Source of the DNA: an uncultured Phycisphaerales bacterium
Lineage (GTDB): Bacteria; Planctomycetota; Phycisphaerae; WQYP01
NCBI GenBank assembly: GCA_903845195.1
Contig: CAIMWO010000031.1
Span: 69,207-133,206 of the forward strand
Length of the DNA stretch: 64,000 nt
Reading direction: 5' to 3'
The notes beneath the pieces are model-generated. The model had not been told where the DNA came from. It made no database searches and worked only from the letters and a program-made list of their open reading frames with translations. Positions 9,911 through 19,526 of this stretch are shown here, piece by piece. Position 1 is the stretch's first letter. Each line of letters opens with the position of its first letter. Made by a program: the position numbers and the translations under genes.

Positions 9911-11188
9911 CTAATCTTTGGATGGATAGATACGCTTCGGCGGCTCATCCGCTTCAAGCGTCCTCCAGGCTCCCTCGGCAAGTTTATCAATTGGACATGC
10001 AAGAACTCGGTAGTCTGAGCGACGGATGCCCTCTACAGTGACTACGAGGTGTTCTTGTGCCAGCTGACCACTACCTACAGGCAGGGTGCGCTTGGTAACA
10101 GCTGCGATGAGCCGGGGCTTTTTGGCCAGGCAAAAGCTTCTGGCCCATGAGTACCAACAATCTGACATATCGTAGTTTTCGTTGTCGTCGGGATCTTCGA
10201 CCGGGGCTTTTGTTTCCATCATCCAAAACCATCCCTCAGGTTGGATATCTAAGTACATGAGTATCGGAGAAGAAGTGAAATGATACGTATCTAGGTGAGC
10301 AAACGGAATTGACTTGAGCAAGAGTCGCACAGCTTCATCAGTGGTTTGGTCGCACCCGGTATCAACATTTTCCTCAGCTCTCATCATCGTCTCTAGAATG
10401 TACGGAATTGTGGCGCAGACGTCTGGAGATTCAAGACGGAAGTCCTTAACGCTGCGGTAGTGTCGTAAGAGTGCTGTCTTTCCTTCGACTGGAATATGCA
10501 AAATGTGTCGATCCTTTGGCTCTGCAACTGACTGAAATAGAACGCCCGCGAAGTGCCCGATTGAGTGGTAATGTCCGAGGTACATAAACGTGGTATCGGG
10601 CTCGATCATCGACAGGACCGCTTGAACGGTTTCTTCAGCCAGGTGCAGACCGGCCTCTCGAATCTCGGCGATGACTTCGTGAAGTTGGAGCAGTTTCTCT
10701 GGTAGTGGAGGTTGCTTCCCTTCGCCAAGAGAGTAGAGCGCCGGAGAAGGCTCGCCGTCGATATTATGCGTCGCCATTTCTGGTTGTTCACTAAGTGTGC
10801 CGTCACTATTGATAGACCACACTAGCTGATACTCCTTAGTTGGATTGGCCAATTGGATCGAAAGTGAGCGTTCGTCTCCTTGTTCCACCAGAGTCACCGC
10901 AGCTGCCGCTTCGGGAGTGATTGAGCAAATTGCGAGGAGTATTGCACGACGTAGCCACTTGGCGTACTCATCGCGGTCTTCCCGGAGACCTTCGTCACTA
11001 TCGGACATCTCAATATGGACACCGTCCCATGTACCATTCGTAAAGACCTGAAGTACGCACGGAGCCGCAAGACGCCTGCCCATCGACTCCCATTGGGTGC
11101 GGAAGTCTCGCAAAAAAGAGTTGAATATTTTGTTATCGGGGAACATTTGATTAGTCTCCATAAATTGAATGCCGGTATGACTTGCCAA
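9911..11188 (-). CDS. Hypothetical protein (425 aa).
   Basis: Long ORF with ordinary composition, tightly spaced with the downstream and upstream genes. Confidence 0.5.
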   Translation of the reverse strand: MASHTGIQFMETNQMFPDNKIFNSFLRDFRTQWESMGRRLAAPCVLQVFTNGTWDGVHIEMSDSDEGLREDRDEYAKWLRRAILLAICSITPEAAAAVTLVEQGDERSLSIQLANPTKEYQLVWSINSDGTLSEQPEMATHNIDGEPSPALYSLGEGKQPPLPEKLLQLHEVIAEIREAGLHLAEETVQAVLSMIEPDTTFMYLGHYHSIGHFAGVLFQSVAEPKDRHILHIPVEGKTALLRHYRSVKDFRLESPDVCATIPYILETMMRAEENVDTGCDQTTDEAVRLLLKSIPFAHLDTYHFTSSPILMYLDIQPEGWFWMMETKAPVEDPDDNENYDMSDCWYSWARSFCLAKKPRLIAAVTKRTLPVGSGQLAQEHLVVTVEGIRRSDYRVLACPIDKLAEGAWRTLEADEPPKRIYPSKD

Positions 11189-11198
11189 GGGGGCATTT

Positions 11199-12395
11199 TC
11201 ACAGCCCCATTTCCTTCATTTCGGCGGGGCTGGGGAAAGCTTCGACCCTCCACCTCTCCGGATAGGTTCCCAGTGGTTGCATGCGATATCCCATAACTTG
11301 ATGCACTCGTTCCCATAAAACGTTACCGTACACAACTCGTTCTTGATCGCCGGCGGCGGGGTTAGTGAATACCACATATGTCACCTCTGGAAGCAGCGTC
11401 ACGTAGTCGCGCATCCAAAAAGCCAACGTGAATTCATCGATACATGTTTCTCCGATGAAAACACTGGCGATGACGTCCACATCCTGGCAATATGCCAACA
11501 GTTCCCTATTCTTGTCTTGATGTACATAATGAGACGCAAGACTGCGGAGTCGAAGCTCACGGAATGGCGAATAGACCGACGAGCATTCGGGCGGGATGAA
11601 TGTTTTCCAGGTCCCGCCACTGCGAAGTAAGGGAATGCCACTTAGAAATCGCGGGCCTTGTCGGCGAAGCTTGGCGATCGTCGCCATTTCGGCAAGTGCC
11701 GGCTCGTTGTTGGCGGGAGCCACCAGAAGGCAGTCACGATGAGGAATCATTGCTACCAGATCATCGTGTAGCGCTCCGGGTACGAGCTCGTCCAAGATCG
11801 TTAATCGAGCACTATCATAGTTATCCTGCCAGGGAGAGATCATTAGGCCACTGGGCCGGCGAATTAACGCCTTAGTACTAACCCGCCGCAGATTCTCCTT
11901 TGCAACGGCAATGGCTTCTTCGAACGAGATGCTCAATTTCAGCAATTGCGCCTTGTCGAGGAACATAATGTGATCCGGCAGATCGCGAGCGATTTCGACC
12001 GTGACATGATCGCCGAGTAGTTGATACGCGGGCGCCGATGCGTGCGCGTATTTGACGGGTTTCGGAGCCAATGTCCGATATAGGATATCCACGATCGGCA
12101 GGAGGTGGGGTCGCATTGACTCCAGCGACGCGCTTGCTACCATTTCCCAATTCTGCGTCCAACCGTGAGCGATGTCGCGGATTGTTGTACTTGCCTTTGC
12201 AGACGACCATTCGCGATAGACATTTTCCAGAAGTAGCGTCGTGCCTCCGGAAATATCGATCTGAAAGTTGTCGCGGTCATACGTGATGGCTAGATTGCCC
12301 CTGCAACTTTTCATAGCGTCGATCATCGCTTGCGCGAATTGATCTCGAGCCTGACTGTCGGATACGTTTCCACTAGAGTGCTGTTTCTCATACAT
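11199..12395 (-). CDS. Hypothetical protein (~398 aa).
   Basis: ORF track 11199..12482. Internal ATG (MYEKQHSSG...) is preceded by an AAGGAG RBS at optimal spacing. 10-nt gap to the upstream gene's stop. Confidence 0.55.
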   Translation of the reverse strand: MYEKQHSSGNVSDSQARDQFAQAMIDAMKSCRGNLAITYDRDNFQIDISGGTTLLLENVYREWSSAKASTTIRDIAHGWTQNWEMVASASLESMRPHLLPIVDILYRTLAPKPVKYAHASAPAYQLLGDHVTVEIARDLPDHIMFLDKAQLLKLSISFEEAIAVAKENLRRVSTKALIRRPSGLMISPWQDNYDSARLTILDELVPGALHDDLVAMIPHRDCLLVAPANNEPALAEMATIAKLRRQGPRFLSGIPLLRSGGTWKTFIPPECSSVYSPFRELRLRSLASHYVHQDKNRELLAYCQDVDVIASVFIGETCIDEFTLAFWMRDYVTLLPEVTYVVFTNPAAGDQERVVYGNVLWERVHQVMGYRMQPLGTYPERWRVEAFPSPAEMKEMGL

Positions 12396-12405
12396 TCTAT
12401 TCTCC

Positions 12406-12759
12406 TTAAAGTTGATGAAGTGACGTGTAGACTGACGCCTCACGCACGAGCGCTTCGGCGAGCTTGAGATTCCCGGTATCAATCAGCAGTGCCCAGGTGT
12501 AACCGTTATCTGTCGTGTCTGGGGCCAAAGTGTCGATCCCGAAACCGAGCTCGGTGATACCCGCGGCGCCTACGCGTTGTCGCAGATAGTCAACCTGTTC
12601 CCGGGCATAAACGGACTGGCAGTACCCGGTGTTCCCATATATCCCAACAGCGTCTTCTGTTATCGCGAGGCAGCCAATACGAGACTCGAACCAATACCGG
12701 CAGGCATAGTTCGCCGTGTCGATAGCTAAGTTTCGCCACCAAATGTGGTCTCGTGACAT
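12406..12759 (-). CDS. Small hypothetical protein (117 aa).
   Basis: Complete ORF packed between neighbouring genes on the same strand. Confidence 0.4.
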   Translation of the reverse strand: MSRDHIWWRNLAIDTANYACRYWFESRIGCLAITEDAVGIYGNTGYCQSVYAREQVDYLRQRVGAAGITELGFGIDTLAPDTTDNGYTWALLIDTGNLKLAEALVREASVYTSLHQL

Positions 12760-12844
12760 GAGAATCTCCAGTGATTCCGGATAGTTGATACGTACCTCGA
12801 GGGCCGCGAACGCGCGTTCGCGTTACCATCACGCCATTAGGGAT

Positions 12845-13342
12845 TCATCCCGCCCTCTCGATCAATCGATCGGGTGCCATGCTGGCGAGGATGTTGCCAA
12901 GAGAAGTTTGCATTGCTGCGATCTGTTGGCGGGCCTCAGTGGCGGTATGGCGCCACGCATAGTTGCATTCGGTTTGCTCCGCGATCAGACGTATGATCGC
13001 ATGCGCGTGTTCGAGTCTGTCGAGCACATTCCGTTGCCGGTCAAGCACCGAAGCGTGCTCGTGCCGAATCTCAACGGCGAGCGACTCCATGTTGTCCTGC
13101 CTGGGGGCCGAAGTCGAAGGCGGTGTAGATACCACCTGGCCGGGGGACGTGACCTCAGGGGCAGACTCGCCAGCACGCGTATCCTGCTTCGAATCAGGAG
13201 TCGCGGGTGTCGGTAGGGTAGTCTCAGCGGCTGATGACGATGCCGTCGAGAATACGTCGGCGAGAGGAGGCAGTTGATTCGTCGGTAGCATGACTCCTGC
13301 CTCCTGAGTAGGGGTCGCGTCGGCTTGCAGTGCCGTATTCAT
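12845..13342 (-). CDS. Hypothetical protein (~165 aa). N-terminal half is Thr/Pro/Ser-rich.
   Basis: ORF track 12845..13504. The ATG at 13342 (MNTALQADATP...) has an AGGAG RBS. Confidence 0.4.
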   Translation of the reverse strand: MNTALQADATPTQEAGVMLPTNQLPPLADVFSTASSSAAETTLPTPATPDSKQDTRAGESAPEVTSPGQVVSTPPSTSAPRQDNMESLAVEIRHEHASVLDRQRNVLDRLEHAHAIIRLIAEQTECNYAWRHTATEARQQIAAMQTSLGNILASMAPDRLIERAG

Positions 13343-13591
13343 AATGACTCCTGGATTCCAGTACTGGACGCGGTGGCGGGCGTCTGTCGCAGCAGGCGAG
13401 TGTCGCCTGATATAGAAATGGGGCATTTTGTGCGTGTCTAGTGACACGTGGTGACGTACCCTTGGCGTACCCTTATTGAAAAGGGCGAAGCGAAGGGCCA
13501 TCATCGAAGGTTGGCAAACACTTAACGACCGGCGGGAGTGATGCCGATCACGGGTGAGACAACCATGCGCCCGGCAGGACGAGATTCGTCT

Positions 13592-15028
13592 TCAGACATA
13601 CCAGTCCAGCCAAGTGGCCGGTTGGTAGCTGTAGGATGCCTTGCCATGAACTGGCCGTATGCTATTTCGCAAATACAGGGAGCAGTGCGGCATGGTTTTG
13701 CTGATCTTCTCCCGACAGTCCTGCATGCGTGCTTTCACGCGGCGGCGTGCTGCTTCTGCCTCCGACTTCGATCCCTCTTCCCCCGCTTTCCTTGCTGCCT
13801 TAGCTTCGCGAAGTTGCTGGCGAAGTTCATCCACATTCTCCGCGCCGGTGTCTACCGCAATCTCCAGTTCGTCTGATAGTAGTTTTTCCTCAGCCGTCAG
13901 CAACTCGTTTCCCGCGTCTGTCGCAAATGAATCGGATTCGTCGGATCGTTTGTTGCTTCGCCGCGATGCACCTGCAGCGCCAAGGTCTGCGGGGTCGATG
14001 TGTTTTGACCGGTCCTTTATCCGCGTCACGTCTGCAGCTGTTGCTGCTTTGCCAGACGGACTTTGCTCCAAGCAACTAACCGGGTCACCTCGGCGTCGAA
14101 GAATCTCCGCAATGTATTGGAAACCCAGTGATGCTTCGTCCATGAAGGAGTCTTCCTCCGTTGTCGCTGCATCGACTCTGAACCGCAGATGCCATCTGCC
14201 TCTTTCAAGATGAAACATGTAATCGGGCAATGTAGAGGTCTCGACCGTCGAAGTTGTGGTCGTAATAGTCATCGGCACTTCTACTGGAGCGGATTTCAGT
14301 TCGATCGGCAACTTCGGCAGTTCCCGACCCAGCTCGCCCCCCTCCTCCATCTGGATCACCCACGGATTGAGTAACAAAGCGCGGTCCGGGTCGAGGATCA
14401 TCTCGATTGCCGTGATCGACACGCGAAACAGATCAGGCGTCAGCGTCTCGCAAGAGCTGGTCATCAATTCAAAACGACCCTTATTTTCAGCCCATTTCAA
14501 CGGGCCAGAGTCTTCCAGCCAATCGTCATCACACCACGTCTTAATGCTGTGCTCTGTCCGAAGAAGCGGTTGGGGATAGCGGGCGGCGATGTGGTAAACA
14601 AGTTCAAGAAATCCCGGCCAGCCCTCCATCGTTAGGGCAATCCGACTGCGCATTTCGTTTTGGACAGCACAGGCACTTCCGGCCAGATGCTTGAATTGCT
14701 GCAACCCTTTCCCGTTTCCAAAGAATCGCCCGTACCAATCCCCGTCTTGTCCTGAGCCAGAATCGTGTGGGGGGGGGTCATCGTATTTGAGGATGGGAAA
14801 ATGCGACTTTACGGGGCCGTGCCATTCCTGCCACTTGCCGGAAGTTAGAGCGTGCCCTACCTCGTAAATCTTGCGGGCTTCGTACGTGACGCCTGCGCCA
14901 CGATGTTGGCTGTCGTAAATCCGTTGGTGATAAAGTGGGTGAGGAAAGGCCTTTGCTGCGCGCCGAAATTCACGGAGCAGTGCGTTCCAGTTGAATCGAA
15001 ATGGTTCAGCCATCATCACCTCAGTCAT
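13592..15028 (-). CDS. Hypothetical protein (478 aa) with an acidic/coiled-coil C-terminal region.
   Basis: Long ORF on the same strand as the element genes. No recognisable motif. Confidence 0.5.
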   Translation of the reverse strand: MTEVMMAEPFRFNWNALLREFRRAAKAFPHPLYHQRIYDSQHRGAGVTYEARKIYEVGHALTSGKWQEWHGPVKSHFPILKYDDPPPHDSGSGQDGDWYGRFFGNGKGLQQFKHLAGSACAVQNEMRSRIALTMEGWPGFLELVYHIAARYPQPLLRTEHSIKTWCDDDWLEDSGPLKWAENKGRFELMTSSCETLTPDLFRVSITAIEMILDPDRALLLNPWVIQMEEGGELGRELPKLPIELKSAPVEVPMTITTTTSTVETSTLPDYMFHLERGRWHLRFRVDAATTEEDSFMDEASLGFQYIAEILRRRGDPVSCLEQSPSGKAATAADVTRIKDRSKHIDPADLGAAGASRRSNKRSDESDSFATDAGNELLTAEEKLLSDELEIAVDTGAENVDELRQQLREAKAARKAGEEGSKSEAEAARRRVKARMQDCREKISKTMPHCSLYLRNSIRPVHGKASYSYQPATWLDWYV

Positions 15029-15270
15029 GTCGCCATTTCAGATTCTCGTTGTGATCCGCGATGCAAACAGGACTAGATTAACGCGCAGACACTCGTGACG
15101 CATCTTATGCACCTTCGGGCCCAAAAAGTCGATCCCACCCTCTACTTGCCCTTGGAAAATAATGCGGCTGGGCATTCTACTTGTCTATCCGTAGCTTTGT
15201 TGCCGCGTTTGTAGCATTGAATATAGTGTGTTCTCCCTTTCTTGATTGTTGGTGATGGATTGACTGGCCT

Positions 15271-17736
15271 TCAGGACACGTTGGCAGCGACCTTCTCGGC
15301 CTTCTTTTCGGGGCCTACGAGTTCCATGGCGCGGATATCCTCACGGCGATGCCGTATATCTGCCTCTACCGCTTTTATGTCAGTGGAGTAGAGGCGACAG
15401 GCCTTCTGTACTTGCCTCTGCGCGGTCGGATCAGGTCGCTGGCGCGCGGCAGGATACGTTTGAAACACAAAGGCGTCAGTTGGTCCTGTCGGTGTGAGGA
15501 GTCGTGCGGCAGCATGGAAATTCGGCAGTGTTTGGAGGTCTGCCGGTCCGAAGTTTGGGCGCGAGTAGATGGCCAGCTTTTCTGCATCTGGGGCGCCGAG
15601 TCGAAATAGAACCATGCTGCCGACATTCCCCAGCACCGAATTCACAAGATTCTCCTGTCCCTTTCCGACCGACAACTGTGTTAGATTTTGATTGGCAAGC
15701 GTTAGGCACAACCCGAATTTTCGCGACTCTGAGAGAAGCGATGCCGTGGCATCGGTAGTGAAATTCTGGAATTCGTCCACGTACACCATGAGCGGTTTGC
15801 GTCTGCTTGTCGCCATGTTCAGCCTACTCATCGCCGCGCACATGAGCTTAGTTAGCACGATCATCCCGAGTAGGCGCATATCAAGTTCGCCCAAGGCACC
15901 ACGGGATAGATTTACCAACAGTATGCGGCGGTTATCCATAATCCCGCGGAAATCGACTGTGCTCTTGGTTTGCCCGATGATGGGCCGGAGTACGGCGTTA
16001 TGTACGAATCCATTTAACTTTGAAACGATGTACGGCGCGATATTTGCCAGTCTTGCTTCTCCTCCAGCGGCGTCGGCCATTTTCCAGAAGTCCGCCAGCA
16101 GAGATGGTCCGCATCGCTCAAGCATCGCCTCGCGATACCTTTTGTGTTCAAACACCGCCGACATATCGACCAGGGTGCCCTGGTTGTCTGGATCCGCCAT
16201 GATCAATTGAAGTGCCCCCCGGAAGTACTGCTCGAACATGGGGCCGCCGCATTGTTTCATATCGTAGAGTTTCTCTAGAATCGCGAAGACTTCGTTAATA
16301 ACGAAGTTGACCTGCATTTCCCGGTAAGGTTCTGTGCAGTCGAGTAAGTTGATCCCGACGGCTCGTTTGCGATCGCAGGGGTCCAATAGAACGACGTCGC
16401 CTGCGCGGTGTGCAGGGATGGACGCGCGTACCTGACGGTACAAATCGCCGTGCGGATCAATGAGGCAAACTCCCTCGCCGTGCTGAATATCCTGCATTAC
16501 CAGGTTGTAGAGCAGGGTCGATTTTCCTGTGCCGGTGGCTCCCAGAATGTAAAGGTGGTGGCTCCGTTCTTTTCGGCACAGCTTAACGGCCTGCTCAGTT
16601 TGGCCATCTCGGATGCATCCCATCCTTGCGCCAGTCTTGGGGAAGCCCAGTTTCTCTCTGTTAAAGAATCGACGAACGCCATGCTGGGCCAATGCCTCAG
16701 GTGGTGGAAAAAGGGAGGGAAGGGGAACTGTTGAGGGGATGCAGTTTCTCAGGTCAAGAAAGTGATTCGTCAATGCTGCCACCGCGCTGTCACTGCCCGC
16801 GCGATCGCCTTCGGCGCGACGAGAGAAAACGCGGGCGGTGCCGTGGTAGATCTCGCCAGCAAGCATCCTCAGGAATGATTCGGAGATGGGATGTGACGAT
16901 GATACCGAGCACGTCACGCGACAACCGGCCAAGGTCTTGAGCCAGACATTTGCGGCATTTTCCAGATGCGCTGGAAGCTCGCTGTTTAGGCTTCGGTTGA
17001 GGATAAAATCTTGGGCCGACTTGATCACATGCTCTTGTGTCCGGTTGAGATGGCAGGATTCCAGTGCGATCGAAATTCGCATAGGTACGTGGCTGGATAC
17101 CAGGAGTTTGACTATTGAACTAAATGCCCGAGCGCGTTCATTTGTGTAATGAGGGAGCCAAACAGTGGTATCGGTTTCTGTGGCGGACTCACCGAATCCA
17201 AAGAGTCCCTTGGTGAACTCCACATGTGTACCCTCTGGCTGGATCAGCCCGATCCACTTGTCTCCGACAGTGCGTAATTGGGTTGCGGCGTTATCCGAGA
17301 GTGGTCGGAACCGGTAGCAAGTCTTCTGGCTTTCCAGGACGGTCATCAGGGCATACCGGACATTTCGCAACTGCTCACCTGCTTGCGCGGCAGATTCGCC
17401 GCTCGACGCCTCTCCGAAAATACGCCACCGTAGGGGCGACTGACCTCCTCCCTCGTAGACGAAAATTACCTTCTGCTCAGGGTCCAAAACCGACACGAGA
17501 GAAGACATCATGCGATCTTGCTCTGACGCCGCCTCAGCACCAAACGCGTCAACCAAGTCAGTGCCCGAGTGAGGGCGAGCCGTGACGCTAACAACCTCGT
17601 ATCCGCACCAAGCCACGTGTCGGTGACATTCCGCCTGTTGCTCAACCGTTTCAGAGCATCGCTCATTCCGCGTTCCGCGGATCGTCGATTCCACGGAAGT
17701 AGCTACGGCTTGGATATGTCCGGCAAAGTGTTCCAT
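15271..17736 (-). CDS. P-loop ATPase of the FtsK/HerA/TraG-VirD4 (DUF87 / type IV coupling protein-like) superfamily. Possible conjugative DNA-transfer or DNA-pumping ATPase.
   Basis: 821 aa. Walker A HLYILGATGTGKSTLLYN. Walker B LMVYVDEFQNF, followed by FGLCLTLANQNLTQL. ATPase sits in the C-terminal half and the N-terminal half is novel. Confidence 0.6.
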   Translation of the reverse strand: MEHFAGHIQAVATSVESTIRGTRNERCSETVEQQAECHRHVAWCGYEVVSVTARPHSGTDLVDAFGAEAASEQDRMMSSLVSVLDPEQKVIFVYEGGGQSPLRWRIFGEASSGESAAQAGEQLRNVRYALMTVLESQKTCYRFRPLSDNAATQLRTVGDKWIGLIQPEGTHVEFTKGLFGFGESATETDTTVWLPHYTNERARAFSSIVKLLVSSHVPMRISIALESCHLNRTQEHVIKSAQDFILNRSLNSELPAHLENAANVWLKTLAGCRVTCSVSSSHPISESFLRMLAGEIYHGTARVFSRRAEGDRAGSDSAVAALTNHFLDLRNCIPSTVPLPSLFPPPEALAQHGVRRFFNREKLGFPKTGARMGCIRDGQTEQAVKLCRKERSHHLYILGATGTGKSTLLYNLVMQDIQHGEGVCLIDPHGDLYRQVRASIPAHRAGDVVLLDPCDRKRAVGINLLDCTEPYREMQVNFVINEVFAILEKLYDMKQCGGPMFEQYFRGALQLIMADPDNQGTLVDMSAVFEHKRYREAMLERCGPSLLADFWKMADAAGGEARLANIAPYIVSKLNGFVHNAVLRPIIGQTKSTVDFRGIMDNRRILLVNLSRGALGELDMRLLGMIVLTKLMCAAMSRLNMATSRRKPLMVYVDEFQNFTTDATASLLSESRKFGLCLTLANQNLTQLSVGKGQENLVNSVLGNVGSMVLFRLGAPDAEKLAIYSRPNFGPADLQTLPNFHAAARLLTPTGPTDAFVFQTYPAARQRPDPTAQRQVQKACRLYSTDIKAVEADIRHRREDIRAMELVGPEKKAEKVAANVS

Positions 17737-18202
17737 GGTAATGCGTTCCCATTTCTATGAAATGTCTGCTTGGCAGTCATCTGCGAAAACGTGCCGTAAC
17801 CCGATGCTGCTGTGCATCAAACATTCAACGGCCACGGCGGATTGGTCGTCTCGAAAACGAAGGGGCGAATGTATTCTCATACGAAGCGTTCATACCTCTC
17901 TCGCCCGCTGTTCTCCTTACGTTGCGGATGAAGGTGTATTTCAGCCCCTCTCAACTAAGGCGTGACACGATCTGTTCGCTAGCATCCCACTTCGTTGTTG
18001 GCGAATTTACTGTGAAAGCAGCTACGACTTCTTGGATTCCCCGCAAACCACCTCTGAAGATGTTTGCGATGTCGTAGTATGCTGGCCATCACGCACCGCA
18101 ACTTCGCGAGTCGTCTTTGAAAAACATGTTCAACGAGCAGCGGGCCATAGATCATCGCCCTCTCGCATGCCCGGATTCCCTGACTTTGCCTTCCCACTAC
18201 GC

Positions 18203-19381
18203 TTAGCCCCGTGGCGCTTCGCAGGTGGAAGCCAGCCGGACCATTCCTCGAAATGGGTGTCGCCGTAAGAACGCTACAGTGAAATACAATAAGAGCAGCG
18301 TCCCCGTACCGACGAAGACACTGGCGACCACGATTTGGGCCCCCCGTTTAGAATTCCAGCTACGATCTGCAACCATCAAGAAGCAGAATCTGTCGCCGAC
18401 CGTTTCCATGCCTATTTCATCCACCCGATCCAACCGTTCTGGGTCGTGCATCCGATCCCAAATTGTGCTCTTCCTGGCGTCCCATGCCGCAATGGATGCA
18501 ATGTCGCGGAACTGCACCGGCGGCGTAAGAGGGAAAGTGATTCCATTCCCGATGATGGCCTGATTTTCCGTGCGCGTCCGGAGCAATCCATGACTGGTGG
18601 TCAGTTCCAGGAAAAGATCCCATTTGTGGGGCGGCAGAAGCCGTAACTCTATTCCCGGTTTGGCGGTCAGTCGTATGGCTTTGACTAGTGCTGCATTTTC
18701 CGCCGACGGGCCGACTAGGAGAATGACGGCGCCCAGTGCTAGGGCGAACACACCGACCGCGATTCCAAGCCGATGTGCGTGACGATTCCATCGTGGCCCC
18801 TGTATTGCCTGCACAATCGCTTTAGACGCCGCATCATCGTCACCCCCTGCTTCGGGCATACAAGCAGCTGCGGCACCCGACAGGAAAACCGCCGAGCAAA
18901 ATACGATGGTTCCGGATCCAACATTCACATCCATGATGCTGTGCAACATCAGTGTGTCTCCCGTCTTGACGACCACAACCATCACCGCGGCAACGAACAC
19001 GTCGAGCATGGAAAATCGTGCCAGTGATCTGGCCGACGCCAGCAATTGCCGCCGTACCGCCAATGGAAATACGGGGATTAACGATGCTCCCCCCGCCACC
19101 ATCAGCAGTTTGACAAAGGGAAAGACAAAGCTAAAAACGAAAATCACGGTCCCAAGTACGATATTTCTCTGACGAAACAGTTCCACGATTCCGCCCAAAA
19201 TCGTGTAGTCATACTGCCTGCCAAACTGGCGCATCACGATAAACGGGAGTTCGTTGGCCAGGACCAGCATTCCAAATGCCAGCACGCACAGCGTTAGGGC
19301 GAACAACTCGCGGCGAAATGTCATACGCCGTACTGACTGAGAATCAGTCGTGTTTCTCGAATGGGTATCTGGGACTAGCAT
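18203..19381 (-). CDS. Integral membrane protein, tentatively PqiA-like (paraquat-inducible protein A family).
   Basis: AAGGTAAGG RBS upstream of 19381. Segment ILGGIVELFRQRNIVLGTVIFVFSFVFPFVKLLMV resembles the PqiA signature. Multiple TM helices. Confidence 0.4.
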   Translation of the reverse strand: MLVPDTHSRNTTDSQSVRRMTFRRELFALTLCVLAFGMLVLANELPFIVMRQFGRQYDYTILGGIVELFRQRNIVLGTVIFVFSFVFPFVKLLMVAGGASLIPVFPLAVRRQLLASARSLARFSMLDVFVAAVMVVVVKTGDTLMLHSIMDVNVGSGTIVFCSAVFLSGAAAACMPEAGGDDDAASKAIVQAIQGPRWNRHAHRLGIAVGVFALALGAVILLVGPSAENAALVKAIRLTAKPGIELRLLPPHKWDLFLELTTSHGLLRTRTENQAIIGNGITFPLTPPVQFRDIASIAAWDARKSTIWDRMHDPERLDRVDEIGMETVGDRFCFLMVADRSWNSKRGAQIVVASVFVGTGTLLLLYFTVAFLRRHPFRGMVRLASTCEAPRG

Positions 19382-19526
19382 CGTCTCGACCTTACCTTAG
19401 TGGGCGTAGCTGCAAGCTCTCGGTCTTACAAATTTATCGGCTGACAGAACCTTGGCTGAAATATGAGTCAGGCCTAGGGGTTGTGCGTCCGTTTAGTTTC
19501 GCCAGTGCTTTAGGTGCGGGAGCTGT

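Noticed and set aside
17740-18200. Non-coding stretch examined for a tRNA/integration site at the end of the element-like block
   Set aside because: No cloverleaf-compatible sequence or direct repeat matching the other flank (~5300-6300) could be identified by eye.
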